The notes under the pieces: generated by a model | Databases searched by the model: none | Seen by the model: the letters and a program-made list of their open reading frames with translations, nothing else | What the model was told of the DNA's origin: nothing | Source: an uncultured Gammaproteobacteria bacterium | GTDB lineage: Bacteria > Pseudomonadota > Gammaproteobacteria > UBA9214 | Length of the DNA stretch: 64,000 bases | Reading direction: 5' to 3' | NCBI GenBank assembly: GCA_963827755.1 | Contig: CAWHCQ010000011.1 | Coordinates: 64,001 to 128,000 of the forward strand | Made by a program: the position numbers and the translations under genes | Part shown: one piece after another, positions 62,572-64,000 of the stretch | Layout of the letters: each line of letters begins with the position of its first letter | Position numbering within the stretch: position 1 is the stretch's first letter

Positions 62572-62625
62572 GGTCGGTTTCTCAATCAAGGGGCGTCAGG
62601 CTCGATTGACTAGATTCCCTTCCCA

Positions 62626-62722
62626 GTAGGAGCCAGCGCCAGCTGGCGAATCTTGCTGTGACGCATGAACCCATTCGGCCAGCTAGGCGCTATTCCATTC
62701 GCCAGCTGGCGCTGGCTCCTAC
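62626..62722. repeat. REP doublet, family C
   Basis: GTAGGAGCCAGCGCCAGCTGGCGAA (62626-62650) and its exact reverse complement (62698-62722), with a degenerate copy between. Confidence 0.9.
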
Positions 62723-63105
62723 GATTGTTTGGTATTGGTATTGGTTTTGGGTTTGATTTGGTTGTTGTGGCGTATATACAGGATCGCGGCGATGAACCAG
62801 GTCGAGGTGAACAGGATCTCCAGCAGGCCGAGGTGGCGGGCGGTTTCCGAGGCGTAGGCCTCGCCGACGCCATGCATGAAATAGAGGGCTGCCAGGAAGC
62901 AACTCCACTGGAAGGTGTAGGGCCGCCCGTGCAGCAAGCCGCGCAGCGGGAACAACAGCGGCGTCAGCAGCACGATCAGAACGATGGCTGTCGGCGCGTA
63001 TTTCGAGGGTGCGAGCCAGCCATACCAGGCGGTGAGCAATGCGAGCGTGCCGAGGTAGCCAGCCAGTGCCAGGCCATAGAGGACGCGGGTGCCGGGCATC
63101 TGCAT
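62719..63105 (-). CDS. DUF2069 membrane protein
   Basis: PLL.PL.GL..G..YT..W...L.YF..G; downstream of wrbA. Confidence 0.88.
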   Translation of the reverse strand: MQMPGTRVLYGLALAGYLGTLALLTAWYGWLAPSKYAPTAIVLIVLLTPLLFPLRGLLHGRPYTFQWSCFLAALYFMHGVGEAYASETARHLGLLEILFTSTWFIAAILYIRHNNQIKPKTNTNTKQS

Positions 63106-63130
63106 GTCGGTGAAAGACCCGCTGCGTCTG

Positions 63131-64000
<870 letters not shown>

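Overview
Mostly core chromosome of a moderately GC-rich gammaproteobacterium; the gene set and order suggest a marine or sediment sulfur-oxidiser type, which is an inference. Housekeeping genes include nadC, argD/argF/argG, rnt, pyrC, an M17 aminopeptidase, an E1alpha/E1beta-type pyruvate dehydrogenase with a fused E2-E3 subunit, dsbB, gloA, a csp gene, purT/purM/purN, nth, rnfABCDGE, metG, apbC, dcd, deaD, hda, wrbA and a partial arsC-family gene. The most interesting locus is a DUF692 (MNIO) RiPP operon at 37871-40654 whose secreted precursor has two blocks of four E(G/A)KCG repeats flanking a closely spaced EF-hand pair. Other accessory features: an OprC-like TonB copper receptor, an egtC-egtB pair behind argD-argF, a peptidoglycan-binding protein with twelve 23-residue repeats between a SEL1-protease and a short secretin-like gene, a minimal Ser/Thr kinase with a PP2C partner, an AT-rich secreted-protein gene bracketed by REP doublets, three REP families and a MITE-like element. 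About ten genes carry small frameshifts that look like long-read indel errors. I saw no rRNA, tRNA, CRISPR array, transposase or integrase.
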